Shown here in pieces: positions 27,766-38,342 of a stretch of 64,000 nucleotides of DNA. Position 1 is the first letter of the stretch. The number at the start of each line of letters is the position of its first letter. This DNA comes from Smithellaceae bacterium (GTDB taxonomy: Bacteria; Desulfobacterota; Syntrophia; Syntrophales; Smithellaceae). Made by a program: the position numbers and the translations under genes. The notes beneath the pieces are model-generated. The model was not told the DNA's origin. It ran no database searches and worked only from the letters and a program-made list of their open reading frames with translations. Where the stretch lies: NCBI GenBank assembly GCA_963667845.2, contig CAXXVL010000002.1, forward strand, positions 2,464,001 through 2,528,000, given 5' to 3'.

Positions 27766-27948
27766 GTGAGTCCAATGTGGGAACGCTTGAAGGATATTGA
27801 ACCCGGTGCGCAAAGCAGCCGGTTAAAAGTTCCGGGCGGCTGGATCGTGAGAACTGTTCTCCGGTACGATACGGGGGAAGGCGCAGGCTGCGCAGTGGAA
27901 CAGACATTCGTGGCTGACGCCGGCCATGATTGGGAGCTGGAGCGGTAA
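27766..27948 (+). CDS. Small hypothetical protein
   Basis: 60 aa, RLKVPGGWIVR...FVADAGHDW; GAGGTGA near the start. Confidence 0.55.
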   Translation: MSPMWERLKDIEPGAQSSRLKVPGGWIVRTVLRYDTGEGAGCAVEQTFVADAGHDWELER

Positions 27949-27999
27949 AGGGCTGCCGGATCGGAAAAGAACGTCCGGCTTCCCGCTTTACGTAACCTG

Positions 28000-28208
28000 A
28001 CCACCTGAAGGTGTCACTGCGCGCCGATCCATACAACCGCAAGTCATTCCCATTGTAGGGCGCGGTCCCCGACCGCGCCGCTTCATTCGGGCCTGCTCGG
28101 ATAACCTGATAACCTATAGGTTACACGAGGTCACCACCTGAAGATGGCACTGCGTGTCACGCCCTGCATAACAACTTCAGGTTATTAGGTTATTCGCGGG
28201 AATGACTT
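28000..28208. repeat. Cluster of REP-like palindromes
   Basis: GTAG+GGCGCGGTC-CCC-GACCGCGCC (28055-28079); two CCACCTGAAG(G/A)TG(T/G)CACTGCG copies (28001, 28134); nested IRs AAGTCATTCCC / GGGAATGACTT. Confidence 0.65.
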
Positions 28209-28418
28209 TAGGGAGCAGTATTGGCTGACCGTGGCCGGGAACAAACGGCCTCGGTGCCGGCATGCTCAGACAAAACAAGCGGATAGCCGGTTCAACCGTC
28301 CGGCTCAATTTTATTCCTAGTTTCTTTTGACAAATCAGCCTTCAGAGTTTATGCTGTGCCCCGAATCCAAGGCGGAAAGCTTTCGATAGTACAAATGATA
28401 CAAGGCTCACCTGCTCCT

Positions 28419-29873
28419 ATGAATACTGAACGTTTTAACCCGCTGTTCAAGGCCCGCTCTGTCGCCCTCATCGGAGCCTCCAGCAACCCCAGAAAATGGG
28501 GTTACGTCATGCTGAAAAATCTTATCAACGGCGGCTTCACGGGAAGCATTTATCCCATCAACCCCGACTCAAAAGAACTTCTGGGAAAAAAAGTCTACAA
28601 AAGTCTGGAAGATGTTCCGGAAACGCCGGATCTGGCCGTCATTGCCGTTCCCCCGAAGGCGGCGCTGGCCGCCGTGCAGGCTTGTACGGACAAGGGCATC
28701 AAGGCGGCGGTCTGCATCACGGCGGGTTTTGCGGAACTGTGCGAAGAGGGCAGGCTTCTTCAGGATGAAATGGTAAAGAAGGCCCGCGCGCAAGGGATGG
28801 TCATGGTGGGCCCCAACTGCAACGGCATCATGAGTCCGTGGGAGAAACTCTACGTAGATTTTCCCAGCTTTCATGTTCCGCCCGGAAGTATTGCGCTGGT
28901 TTGCCAGAGCGGCGGCGTTGTCGACGGTTTGGCCCGGCAGCTCATGATCAAAGGGATGGGGTGCAGCCTCTGCGTGGCAAGCGGCAACGAGGCGGACCTG
29001 CACATGGAAGATTATTTGACGTATCTCGCGGAGGATCCGCGCACCCGCGCCATCCTCTGTTACATTGAAGGCTTCAAGGATGCCGGGAGATTCTATCGCA
29101 TCGTCCGCGAAGTGACGAAGAAGAAACCGGTCGTGGCCTACAAAGCGGGCAAGACCGAAGCCGGCGCGAAAGCGGCGATGTCCCACACGGCATCCGTTGC
29201 GGGAACCGATGTGATTTTCGACGGCATCTGCAGACAGACGGGAATTCTCCGGGCGAAGAATCTGCATCATCTGTTCAATTTGGGCACCGCATTAATGAAT
29301 CAGCCGCTTCCCAAAGGACGAAGCATCGGCATTATTACGGCAGGCGGCGGATGGGGGGTCATGGCCGCGGATGAATGTGTGTCTCTGGGGCTCAGCATGG
29401 CAAAACTTTCCGACGAAACCATCAAACGGCTCGATGCTTTTCTTCCGGCCTGGTGGAACCGGGGCAATCCGGTCGACCTGGTGGCCGGCAGCGAACCGGA
29501 CGATGTGATGCGTGTTGTCGATACGGTGCTGGCCAGCCCGGATGTGGACGGCGTCATCTACCTTGGCCTGATGCCGGCCCTGAAGTTCACGTCAGAGGAG
29601 CTGCTGCACAGAGGCGCGACGGGAGCGGCCTGGGGAGATGCGCTTATCCGGGCCTCGGTCGAGGTTATGCAGGATCTGAACGGTCTTGCCCGTAAGTACG
29701 GAAAGCCCGTTGTGGTCGCTTCCGAACATCTGATTTCATCGGCGGAGCAGGAGGTGCGCACGCTGCACGCCATCGGGCAGACCGGCAACGTCTGCTATGA
29801 GATGCCTTACGAGGCTGCCGAGGTCATGGCGGCGCTGGTGAGCTATGGAGAATGGGTGGGCGCTGATCACTGA
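28419..29873 (+). CDS. Acyl-CoA synthetase (NDP-forming) alpha subunit, CoA-binding protein
   Basis: IGASSNPRKWG, GPNCNG, QSGG, SGNEAD, phospho-His motif SHTASVAG, NPVDL. Start uncertain (28356-28419). Confidence 0.88.
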   Translation: MNTERFNPLFKARSVALIGASSNPRKWGYVMLKNLINGGFTGSIYPINPDSKELLGKKVYKSLEDVPETPDLAVIAVPPKAALAAVQACTDKGIKAAVCITAGFAELCEEGRLLQDEMVKKARAQGMVMVGPNCNGIMSPWEKLYVDFPSFHVPPGSIALVCQSGGVVDGLARQLMIKGMGCSLCVASGNEADLHMEDYLTYLAEDPRTRAILCYIEGFKDAGRFYRIVREVTKKKPVVAYKAGKTEAGAKAAMSHTASVAGTDVIFDGICRQTGILRAKNLHHLFNLGTALMNQPLPKGRSIGIITAGGGWGVMAADECVSLGLSMAKLSDETIKRLDAFLPAWWNRGNPVDLVAGSEPDDVMRVVDTVLASPDVDGVIYLGLMPALKFTSEELLHRGATGAAWGDALIRASVEVMQDLNGLARKYGKPVVVASEHLISSAEQEVRTLHAIGQTGNVCYEMPYEAAEVMAALVSYGEWVGADH

Positions 29874-30126
29874 CGGGCTCGTTCCGGAAATAACGGAGCA
29901 AACCCTATTTCGTACATCAGTTTGGCGCTGCCAAATGCCGACCTGGGGCGACACCTATTTTACGCGCATTAAAAGCCGGACATGCACGGGGACTGATTAC
30001 CAGGATTCGGTGGCGGGCGGCATATCGTGTACCAACAGTGTGTCTGTGAAAATCTGCAAAAAAGGCAGCGGTGTCGGTGAATGGTCGCATGGTTTTTGTC
30101 CCAATTAAAATATAAAGGAGCACCCA

Positions 30127-31188
30127 GTGAAAGACGTCTATCAACGCCTGGCTGAATTTCTCGACACCTTCCCTCAACGCTTTCCTGTGAACACCGAGTC
30201 CGGTATCGAATTGAAAATTCTGAAACTCATTTACGCGCCGGATGAGGCGGAAACATTCATGCAGCTGCAACCCGTTCCGGAAACAGCCGCCCAAATCGCG
30301 GCGCGGATCGGCGGCCGGCCGGAAGAAATTGAACGCAAGCTCTTCGAGATGTCTAAAAAGGGCCTGGTTTTTCGCACAGGCAGGGAAGGAAACCACAAGT
30401 ACATGGCATTGGCCTTCCTGGTGGGCATCGTGGAATTTCAGATGAACCGCATGACGCCCGAGTTTGCAAAAGACTATCAGGAATTCGAGTCGATTCTTTA
30501 CCGGTCCACCTGGATGAAAGGGACGACAAGGGATTTGCGGACGATTCCCATTATGGAGGCGGTGGCTTCCGATACCGGGGTCATGCCGTATGAAAGCGCA
30601 GAGGAAACCATCCGGTCCGCAAAGGTTATCGCCATTTCCGACTGCATGTGCCGGAGAATTAAAGGCCTTATGGACGAGCCCTGCCGCCATCCGATCGAGG
30701 TGTGCTTTCACTTCGGCAGCGGTTCGCACTACTTTGTCGAAAACGGGCTTGCACGGTACATATCGCAGGAGGAGGCGATGCTGATCCTGAAGAAAGGGAA
30801 GATGGCCGGCTTGGTCTGCCAGCTTTCCGCATCACAGGAGCCCAATTCTCTGTGCATGTGCTGCGACTGCTGCTGCGGACCTCTCAGGGCGTGCAAAGCG
30901 GTTGCCAATCCGTCGGAGGTGGTCAACAGCAGTTTCTTCGCCCGCGTGGACACGGAGGAGTGCACCGGCTGCGAACTGTGCATGGAAAGCTGTCCCATGG
31001 GAGCGATCTCGCTAGGTGAGGTTGCCCATGTGAATCTCGATCGCTGCATCGGCTGCGGCGTTTGCGCTTACAATTGCCCGATGGAGGCCGTGAAAGTCTT
31101 CCGCAAGGAAAAAGACAAGGAGTTCGTCCCGGAAAAGAATATCTTCGCCTCGACCATGGCGATTCATCGGCAGCGCCGCAGTGCGTGA
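30127..31188 (+). CDS. 4Fe-4S dicluster ferredoxin-like protein with N-terminal HTH-like region
   Basis: CMCR, CMCCDCCC, CTGCELCMESCP, CIGCGVCAYNCP; RBS AAGGAG. Confidence 0.88.
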   Translation: MKDVYQRLAEFLDTFPQRFPVNTESGIELKILKLIYAPDEAETFMQLQPVPETAAQIAARIGGRPEEIERKLFEMSKKGLVFRTGREGNHKYMALAFLVGIVEFQMNRMTPEFAKDYQEFESILYRSTWMKGTTRDLRTIPIMEAVASDTGVMPYESAEETIRSAKVIAISDCMCRRIKGLMDEPCRHPIEVCFHFGSGSHYFVENGLARYISQEEAMLILKKGKMAGLVCQLSASQEPNSLCMCCDCCCGPLRACKAVANPSEVVNSSFFARVDTEECTGCELCMESCPMGAISLGEVAHVNLDRCIGCGVCAYNCPMEAVKVFRKEKDKEFVPEKNIFASTMAIHRQRRSA

Positions 31189-31311
31189 AGAAATGTGCTG
31201 AAACTTTTTGTTCAACGGGGAAGGACACCTTTTGGCTGACGCCTTAAACATGGCTATTCCCCCCGTGCAGCCCCGGAACATATTTTTTTAAAGAAGAATG
31301 GAGGGCCAATT

Positions 31312-31728
31312 ATGAGAGCAAATAAATCGCTGTACGGCATTGCTGTTATGTCCATCATCGTCGTCCTGCTTTGTCAGGCGTTATCGTTTGCCCAGCCTCC
31401 GAAGAATTCTCTGGCCGGCTCCTGGAGCGTGAAATATGCCGACGGGTCGGAAGGGGAAATGATGGTTGAAAAAAATGTCCTTAAACTCCGGATACCGGAA
31501 ATCGGCGAAATTCAAGGCAGGGTTGAACAGAGCAGCGATTATTTTGAATCCATTCTGAGTGGCAGGCGTGCGGGAATCGATTTTATTTTCGGCTATCTCA
31601 AAGGCGGCAAGGTGGAAGGAAAGCTTCAGGAGAACAAACCCTGCGCCGAGCTCAACAAGGCATTCAAAAGCGGCGTTGCCGTTATGAGCAGCACCTGTCA
31701 AGCCCCGTTTACCGCCGTCAGGAAGTAG
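31312..31728 (+). CDS. Exported hypothetical protein
   Basis: GGAGG RBS; signal peptide; LAGSWSV beta-rich domain. Confidence 0.72.
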   Translation: MRANKSLYGIAVMSIIVVLLCQALSFAQPPKNSLAGSWSVKYADGSEGEMMVEKNVLKLRIPEIGEIQGRVEQSSDYFESILSGRRAGIDFIFGYLKGGKVEGKLQENKPCAELNKAFKSGVAVMSSTCQAPFTAVRK

Positions 31729-31836
31729 ACGGATACGGCGGATGTCATCAATTTTCCGCACCATGGCGCGGCCTTCGCCCGGCGCCGGCGAAAAGTTTCG
31801 CCGACCGAAATAAATTGGGTGCTTCGGAGGTAAGAG

Positions 31837-32319
31837 ATGAATCAAACCTTGACAGACATTTCCCGGCTGGTATTGATCGGCATTGGAATCTTCTGGCTTG
31901 CGGGCTGCAGCCACAATATGATTCAAACACAACTCGTGGCGGACATTCCCCAGGACCGTTATGTGCGCATCATCCGGCTTGATAATCCCGAAGGAATGCC
32001 GGACAGGACGCTGGCGGGCATTGTTCATGTGACGGGGCGCGCGACGGTTTGTACGGATTATCCCCGCGAAGAGGTCATCAGGAGTCTTGACGATCTGCCC
32101 GTGATGGAAAAGAAAGCCTACGCTTATTTTGGCCACTACGCGATCCGGGATGGCGGAGAAATGCTGGGTTACGTCTCTTTGCCGATCGGTTACCAGGCCA
32201 TTATCTGGCATAACGAAAAAGACCCGCAATGCCGCTACAAAGTGCAGATCGTGCTGCCCGAGCAGTCGTGGCGCCGCGGCGACTATGATGGCATCGACAA
32301 AAGCACTTTCAGCTGGTAG
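31837..32319 (+). CDS. Hypothetical lipoprotein
   Basis: GGAGG RBS; lipobox LAGC. Confidence 0.72.
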   Translation: MNQTLTDISRLVLIGIGIFWLAGCSHNMIQTQLVADIPQDRYVRIIRLDNPEGMPDRTLAGIVHVTGRATVCTDYPREEVIRSLDDLPVMEKKAYAYFGHYAIRDGGEMLGYVSLPIGYQAIIWHNEKDPQCRYKVQIVLPEQSWRRGDYDGIDKSTFSW

Positions 32320-32367
32320 AGCGGCCTGTAGATTCATCCACCTGATCACTGTCGCGGAGAAGAATTT

Positions 32368-33015
32368 ATGTCAAACGAGAAAGACAAACAGGAGATGCCC
32401 GAAGATCTGAAGAAATGCGTTTCGTTTCACGGGCACATCTGCCCCGGCCTGATCTATGGCTACCGGGTGGCAAAAGAGGCAATGCACTTGCTGAACATCG
32501 TGCGGTCCGTCGATGAAGAAGTCGTTGCCATAAGCGAAAACGATTCCTGCGCCGTGGATGCCCTGCAGACCATGCTGGGTACTTCAGCGGGCAAAGGCAA
32601 TCTGATTATTCAAAATTACGGGAAGAATGTTTACACGGTGCTCAGCCGCTCCGGTCGTCAGGCATATCGATTCTCCCGCACGACGCGCTACGATTATGCA
32701 GGCGATAACAAAAATGAATATGACCGGCTGGAGGCGGCCGTTGCCGCCGGAACCGCTGCGGAGAATGACCGGCGAAGGCTCAAGCGCTTGAAAATCGACG
32801 ATTTGCTGTCGCGGCCCTTTGCTGAAATCTTTACGACCCTCTCAGTGCCTTTCGAAGAGATGCTCTACGCGGCGCAGGCGCCGTCGCAGCCCTGCGCCGT
32901 CTGCGGCGAGATGACCATGGTCACAAAAATGAAAAGGTCAACCCGGTGTGGGCTGGTCTGCATTCCCTGCCTGGACAAAGCCCTGAAGGGATCGCCAACG
33001 GCGGACGGACTCTAA
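32368..33015 (+). CDS. FmdE-family protein
   Basis: FHGHICPG, SENDSCAVDALQ, GKGNL, C-terminal CAVCGE...CIPC zinc finger. Confidence 0.9.
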   Translation: MSNEKDKQEMPEDLKKCVSFHGHICPGLIYGYRVAKEAMHLLNIVRSVDEEVVAISENDSCAVDALQTMLGTSAGKGNLIIQNYGKNVYTVLSRSGRQAYRFSRTTRYDYAGDNKNEYDRLEAAVAAGTAAENDRRRLKRLKIDDLLSRPFAEIFTTLSVPFEEMLYAAQAPSQPCAVCGEMTMVTKMKRSTRCGLVCIPCLDKALKGSPTADGL

Positions 33016-33084
33016 AACGGAACAGCATTCATATTCCGGCCGGTGACAGGAAAGACTTTTCCTTTAAGGATTCAGGTCGCTCTT

Positions 33085-33186
33085 GAATCCCGCTCACTTG
33101 GGGACGAGCGTTAATTCCCTGCCGCTTGCTGCGAAATAATGACGTTCATTTCCTACCTCGACAGCCTGCCTGCGAGGTGGTTGATT
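33085..33186 (+). repeat. Dispersed repeat family copy 3
   Basis: AATCCCGCTC...GGGACGAGCGTTAATTC...GCTTGCTGCGAAATAATGACGTTCATTTCCTACCTCGA...TGCGAGGTGGTTGATT. Confidence 0.8.
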
Positions 33187-33254
33187 CCGGCGCCCGGGAT
33201 TATTAGGTTACCTTCAACGACATTTAGCCCGGTGTGCCGCAGGGGATTTGCCCT

Positions 33255-33944
33255 ATGAAATCAAAACGCCTCACCATTTCTGTTTCGGATACTGAGTCCG
33301 TTTCTGCCGTTTTGTCCATTCCGGACCAGCCCCAACCCGAAACGGCGGTGATTGTGGCTCACGGCGCCGGGAACGATATGAATAACCCGCTCGTTGTTTC
33401 TTTCTGCGGCGAGCTCGCGGGCGCCGGCTATCTGACGGTGAGATTCAATTTTCCGTATAAAGAGCGGGGACGGAAGGCGCCGGACCGGCCGGAAATTCTG
33501 GAAGAGACCTGGCGCCGGGTCTTTCTCACAATCAGGGACAACGCCGGTTATCCGCTGCAGAGAATCTTTGTTGCCGGCAAATCCATGGGCGGAAGAGTGG
33601 CCTCCGAAATGCTGGCCAAAGGAAGTCTCCCTGCCGACGGTATCATTTTCCTCGGCTATCCGCTTCATCCGGCGGGGAACAAGGAGAAACTGAGAGATCA
33701 GCACTTGACGCAAATCAAGGTCCCCATGCTTTTCTTTGCCGGGACGCGCGATCCCCTCTGCGACCTGAATCTGTTGAAACCCGTCCTCAAACGCCTGGGA
33801 ACAAGGGCGCAATGCTCGGTGATCGAAGGCGCGGATCATTCCTTCAATGTGCCGAAATCCGCCGGGTTCACTATCGGGGAGATCTATGGAAAGATTGCGC
33901 AAGAAAGTATCCGGTGGCTCGGTGATCAGCGGCGAGCAAAGTAA
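33255..33944 (+). CDS. Alpha/beta hydrolase (KANL3/Tex30-like, dienelactone hydrolase fold)
   Basis: AHGAG, RFNFPY, GKSMGGR, LGYPLHP, GTRD, GADHSF. Confidence 0.88.
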   Translation: MKSKRLTISVSDTESVSAVLSIPDQPQPETAVIVAHGAGNDMNNPLVVSFCGELAGAGYLTVRFNFPYKERGRKAPDRPEILEETWRRVFLTIRDNAGYPLQRIFVAGKSMGGRVASEMLAKGSLPADGIIFLGYPLHPAGNKEKLRDQHLTQIKVPMLFFAGTRDPLCDLNLLKPVLKRLGTRAQCSVIEGADHSFNVPKSAGFTIGEIYGKIAQESIRWLGDQRRAK

Positions 33945-34013
33945 AAATGATCGGCATGACAAACGATCAGGAACAAAGCCGCTTCGGACAATTGACGATT
34001 ATTGATCGGTTGA

Positions 34014-35033
34014 TCAAAGCTCTTCGCGTTTTTGAAAGGCACGGACGGCCTCTTTTTGCAGGGCTTCTTCCATCCCCTTGTACTTGGGCGAGAAATGAAA
34101 AATATGCAGGCGCCTGACGCCGGCAAGCGAGGCCAGGGTTCCTGCCTGGCGGGCGGTGAGGTGATGCTTTTTGGCGGCCGTGTCCGCATCCTCATCAAGG
34201 AAAGGGGCTTCGATGAACAGCAAGTCCGATCCGCGGGCGAGGCCCACCATTTTTTCGATATTCGCGTCGTTCCAGACGGCGTCGGTAATGTAGCTCACCT
34301 TTTGCCCCGGCGTAATTTTTACCGCCGTCTCTTCCAGCGCCCGAAGCGGCATAATTTTTTCGTCCATGCCACCTTCTTCATTTTTCCACCAGATGCGCAC
34401 CGGTGTATCTGCGGGTTCGCCGTTGATGATCTGCTCTTTTAACCGGGTAAGCCAGGCACCCGTGGGAAGCCCCATGTCTCTCAGGACATTACTTTTGATA
34501 TTCAGGCTGGTCTTTTCTTCAAAGCTGAAGGCCAGGCAGGGAATGCTGTGATCAAGAAAAGCGGTGCGGACCGAAAAGAAATCTTCCTCCACCAGTTTCG
34601 CACCGCGAGCTTCCCGAACCTCTTCATTCTCCGGCGTAAAACCGTTCACGCAGCGGTAATGCCGGGTGACTCTCCGGTCCTCGTGCACTTCGGTCGCGGC
34701 CAGCTCAAAGTCGTTGGTGTAATTCCGGACAAGGTTCCACGTGTAGGCTCCGAACTTGCTCTCCACGTTGGCGAGAAATCCCGGCGGGCCGAAAAGAGAA
34801 ATGTGTTGATCGCGTCCCAGGCAGATGCGCAGCAGATGGTCAAAACCGATGAAATGATCCATGTGGGTGTGCGAGACGAAGATATACCTTAATTTGCGAA
34901 TCTGCCGGGGCGGCAGATCCCGGATATCGCCGAGATCAAACAGACAGGCCCCGCGGCGGTATTTGAGCTCCAGGTACATACCCGGATCACCCGAAGGATC
35001 ATTGATTAAAAAGGCCGTGAACATAATGCGCAT
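34014..35033 (-). CDS. rnz: Ribonuclease Z-like metallo-beta-lactamase
   Basis: NDPSGDPG, SHTHMDHFIG, LDHSIPCL, YITD, HHLTA, FHFSPKY. Confidence 0.85.
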   Translation of the reverse strand: MRIMFTAFLINDPSGDPGMYLELKYRRGACLFDLGDIRDLPPRQIRKLRYIFVSHTHMDHFIGFDHLLRICLGRDQHISLFGPPGFLANVESKFGAYTWNLVRNYTNDFELAATEVHEDRRVTRHYRCVNGFTPENEEVREARGAKLVEEDFFSVRTAFLDHSIPCLAFSFEEKTSLNIKSNVLRDMGLPTGAWLTRLKEQIINGEPADTPVRIWWKNEEGGMDEKIMPLRALEETAVKITPGQKVSYITDAVWNDANIEKMVGLARGSDLLFIEAPFLDEDADTAAKKHHLTARQAGTLASLAGVRRLHIFHFSPKYKGMEEALQKEAVRAFQKREEL

Positions 35034-35270
35034 CCCCGTATGTTGATCAGTTCAGGTCCGGCAGACATTGCCGGATGAGTCGGACGTCGATGTGTCCGAA
35101 TTTGAAATAGCGGCCTGCTCATCCCCATGCCGCAGGTGCAGGCGGAATTCTGCTGTTATTCGCTTCTCAATTTAAGCATGTTCTCCGCAGGTTTCAAGAT
35201 GGCCCGATTCCGGCCTATACACGCCGGGAAAAGTTTGGTATCTTAAAAAAAATGGGTTCATTCAGGAAAG

Positions 35271-36719
35271 GTGAAGATGATGCAAACGCACGACGCCAGG
35301 GAATTAGGACGATTTTTTAAACCAGCGAGTATCGCCATCATCGGCGTGTCCCGGGAAAATGTGACCTTCGGAGGCACAAGCTTTCTCGATCACTGGCTTA
35401 AGGCGGGATATGCCGGGCGCTTGTATCCGATCAACCCGAAAGCGCCGGAGGTGCTGGGCATCAAAGCCTATCCGTCGCTTATGGCCCTGCCCGAAGTGCC
35501 GGACCTGGTGACGATTGCGGTGCGGTCCGACCTGGTTCCCGGGGCATTAGAAGAATGCGCTAAAACCGGTGCGCGGTTTATTCACATCCTCACGGCCGGT
35601 TTCAGCGAGATCGGCACGGAAGAGGGGCGGCGGCTGGAAGAAAAGATTGCCGGCATTGCCAGGCAGCATGATCTGCTGATCATCGGACCCAACTGCATGG
35701 GCCCGTACAGTCCATCCATTCACCTCACGGCCTGGGGCGCCGTGCCGGGCCGCGACGGGCGCCTGGGGATCATATCGCAGAGCGGCGGTGTGACGCAGCG
35801 GTTCACGGAATACATCTCTTCGCTGGGCGTTGGCGTGAGCAAGGCGGCGAGCATCGGCAATGCCGCCGTGCTGGACAGTCCGGATTTTCTCGAATTCATG
35901 GCCGGCGACCCCGACATCGGCCTCATCGCCATTTATCTGGAAAGCATCCGGGACGGCCGGCGCTTCTTCGATATCGCCCGCGGCGTGTCGGACCGCAAAC
36001 CCATCGTCATGCTCAAAGGCGGCGAATCAAAGCAGGGCGCGGCCACGGTTGCGTCCCATACGGGGCGTATGGCCGGTGATCAGGCGATCTGGGAGGCGGT
36101 CTCCCGACAGACCGGAATCGTCCCTGTCACCAATATGAATGAGTGGGTTGACGCCTGCCTCGCCTTTTCGCTCCTGCCGAAAACCCGGGGAAAGGGCGTT
36201 TTTATTATCGGAGGAGGCGGCGGCAACAGTGTGATTTTTTCCGACTCGTGCATCCGGGCGGGCCTGGATGTGCCGGCGCTTTCCAGGGCCAGCATGGACC
36301 GGATTCGTCCGTTTGTCCCGGTGGCCGGAAGCATCGCCGGTAACCCGCTCGATTTCTGGGCGACCTATCTGAAGTCCGATTACCTTTTCGAGGTGCTCGA
36401 CGCGGCCTATGAGGACGAAGGCATTCACATGGTGATTGTGGACCGCCTGATTCCGCGCATCGCTTTCCATAGTCCCGACTTTACCGCAGATCCAGTTCCC
36501 CAGATCGTCAATTTCATTAAAACGCACAAAAAGGCCAAGCCCACGGTCTTTACCGTCGATTATGACGGCGGTGATCCCGGTCTCATTCAAAAGGGGTCAG
36601 CGCTCCGGAGCCGATTCTGTGAAGCAGGCATACCGGCCTTTCCGTCCTTTGAAAGGGCGATCGGCGCTCTGGCCCGCTTTGGGCAATACTATCGCCATTT
36701 CGCCGGCGCAGCGGAATAA
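35271..36719 (+). CDS. Acyl-CoA synthetase (NDP-forming) alpha subunit, CoA-binding protein
   Basis: GPNCMG, SQSGG, SIGN, SHTGRMAG, NPLD. Confidence 0.88.
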   Translation: MKMMQTHDARELGRFFKPASIAIIGVSRENVTFGGTSFLDHWLKAGYAGRLYPINPKAPEVLGIKAYPSLMALPEVPDLVTIAVRSDLVPGALEECAKTGARFIHILTAGFSEIGTEEGRRLEEKIAGIARQHDLLIIGPNCMGPYSPSIHLTAWGAVPGRDGRLGIISQSGGVTQRFTEYISSLGVGVSKAASIGNAAVLDSPDFLEFMAGDPDIGLIAIYLESIRDGRRFFDIARGVSDRKPIVMLKGGESKQGAATVASHTGRMAGDQAIWEAVSRQTGIVPVTNMNEWVDACLAFSLLPKTRGKGVFIIGGGGGNSVIFSDSCIRAGLDVPALSRASMDRIRPFVPVAGSIAGNPLDFWATYLKSDYLFEVLDAAYEDEGIHMVIVDRLIPRIAFHSPDFTADPVPQIVNFIKTHKKAKPTVFTVDYDGGDPGLIQKGSALRSRFCEAGIPAFPSFERAIGALARFGQYYRHFAGAAE

Positions 36720-36829
36720 TAATCCCGTTTCCGGATTCCGTCGCTGCCAAATAGTCCTTGACGGTTAAAAACGGCTTTCCTATACTCCGACGCATTGAAA
36801 CACTTGCCGATCAAACAAGGGGGAACAGC

Positions 36830-38245
36830 ATGTCGATATCAAACGAACTGAAATATCAGGATGCCACAGCACTTGCCGCACTTGTCCGGAAAAAGGAGAT
36901 CACACCCCTCGAGCTTGTCGAAGGCGCGATTGGACGCATCGAAGCGCTCAATCCGGTTCTCAATGCCGTGATCACCCCCATGTATGATCTGGCGCGCGCC
37001 GCCGCGCAGTCAACACTTCCCGACGGTCCCTTTACCGGCGTCCCGTTTCTGCTGAAAGATGTTCTCGCGTCATATGCCGGTGCGCGGATGACGCTCGGCG
37101 CCCGGGTCTTCCGGAACTTTATTCCGGATCATGACAGCGAACTCGTCGCGCGTTACAAAAAAGCCGGCCTCATCGTCATCGGCAAGACCAACCTGCCGGA
37201 ATTCGGCATTCTCCCGACCACGGAGCCCGAACTCTTCGGCCCGACGAGGAATCCCTGGAACACGGCCCATTCGCCCGGCGGTTCCAGCGGCGGATCGGCG
37301 GCGGCAGTGGCCTCCCGCATTGTGCCCATGGCGCACGGCAACGATGGCGGCGGTTCAATCCGGATACCGGCTTCGTGCTGCGGCGTTTTCGGACTGAAGC
37401 CGACCCGGGCCAGGATCACCATGGCGCCCGATGTGGGCGACCTGGCCGGCGGATTGGTCTCGGAGCATGCGCTCACGATTTCGGTCCGAGACAGTGCGGC
37501 GCTTCTTGATGCAACAGCGGGCTCCCTGCCCGGCGATCCCTACTTCGCGCCGCCCATGGAACGGCCGTATGTTAAGGAGGTCCAGGCCGATCCGGGACGG
37601 CTCCGCATCGCCTTTACCGCGGAACTCCCCGGAGGCGTTCCGGTCCACGCCGACTGCAGAAGCGCCGTGAAGGATGCCGCCATGTTGTGCGCTGAACTCG
37701 GGCACACCGTCGAAGAGGCATCACCTGCCATTGACGGGAATATGGTGTCTCAGGCCTTTGTCGTGATGTGGTGCGCCAGCATCGCGTCCATCGTCAAGAT
37801 GCTCGGCCTCAAAAAAGAACAGGTGGAGCCCCTGACCTGGGGAATCTATGAACTGAGCGGCGCCAATGACGCCGCGAGCTATCTGATTGCCACTCAGACG
37901 TTGCAGCGTGCTGCGCGGACAGTCGCCGCGTTTTTCGGAAAATATGACATATGGATGACCCCGACGCTGGCGAAGCCGCCGCTGCCGCTCGGATCATTCG
38001 ATCCGCAGCCGGACAATCCGATTGCCGGCTTTATCGAGGCGGGCACGTACTCCGTGTTTACACCGCTTGCCAACGCCACCGGCCAGCCCGCCATGTCGGT
38101 CCCGCTTTTCTGGAGCGGGGACGGACTGCCCATAGGCGTTCATTTCCTGGGCCGGTTCGGCGACGAGGCGACGCTGTTTCGGCTGGCGGCTCAACTGGAA
38201 AAGGCCAGACCCTGGAAGGACCGGTTTCCGCCCGTATCCGCGTAA
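36830..38245 (+). CDS. Amidase signature family enzyme
   Basis: [42 protein letters not shown]. Confidence 0.93.
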   Translation: MSISNELKYQDATALAALVRKKEITPLELVEGAIGRIEALNPVLNAVITPMYDLARAAAQSTLPDGPFTGVPFLLKDVLASYAGARMTLGARVFRNFIPDHDSELVARYKKAGLIVIGKTNLPEFGILPTTEPELFGPTRNPWNTAHSPGGSSGGSAAAVASRIVPMAHGNDGGGSIRIPASCCGVFGLKPTRARITMAPDVGDLAGGLVSEHALTISVRDSAALLDATAGSLPGDPYFAPPMERPYVKEVQADPGRLRIAFTAELPGGVPVHADCRSAVKDAAMLCAELGHTVEEASPAIDGNMVSQAFVVMWCASIASIVKMLGLKKEQVEPLTWGIYELSGANDAASYLIATQTLQRAARTVAAFFGKYDIWMTPTLAKPPLPLGSFDPQPDNPIAGFIEAGTYSVFTPLANATGQPAMSVPLFWSGDGLPIGVHFLGRFGDEATLFRLAAQLEKARPWKDRFPPVSA

Positions 38246-38342
38246 GGCGGAGGCTGCGGGCTTCCGTATGAGCAAGAGCGTGACCTCAACCTTACTTAAG
38301 AGATCTTATGTTATTTTAAAAATATATTTATAGGAGGAGTTC

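Noticed and set aside
27990..28210. CRISPR array
   Set aside because: Only two copies of the ~22-bp unit, about 133 bp apart, mixed with other palindromes; no cas genes.
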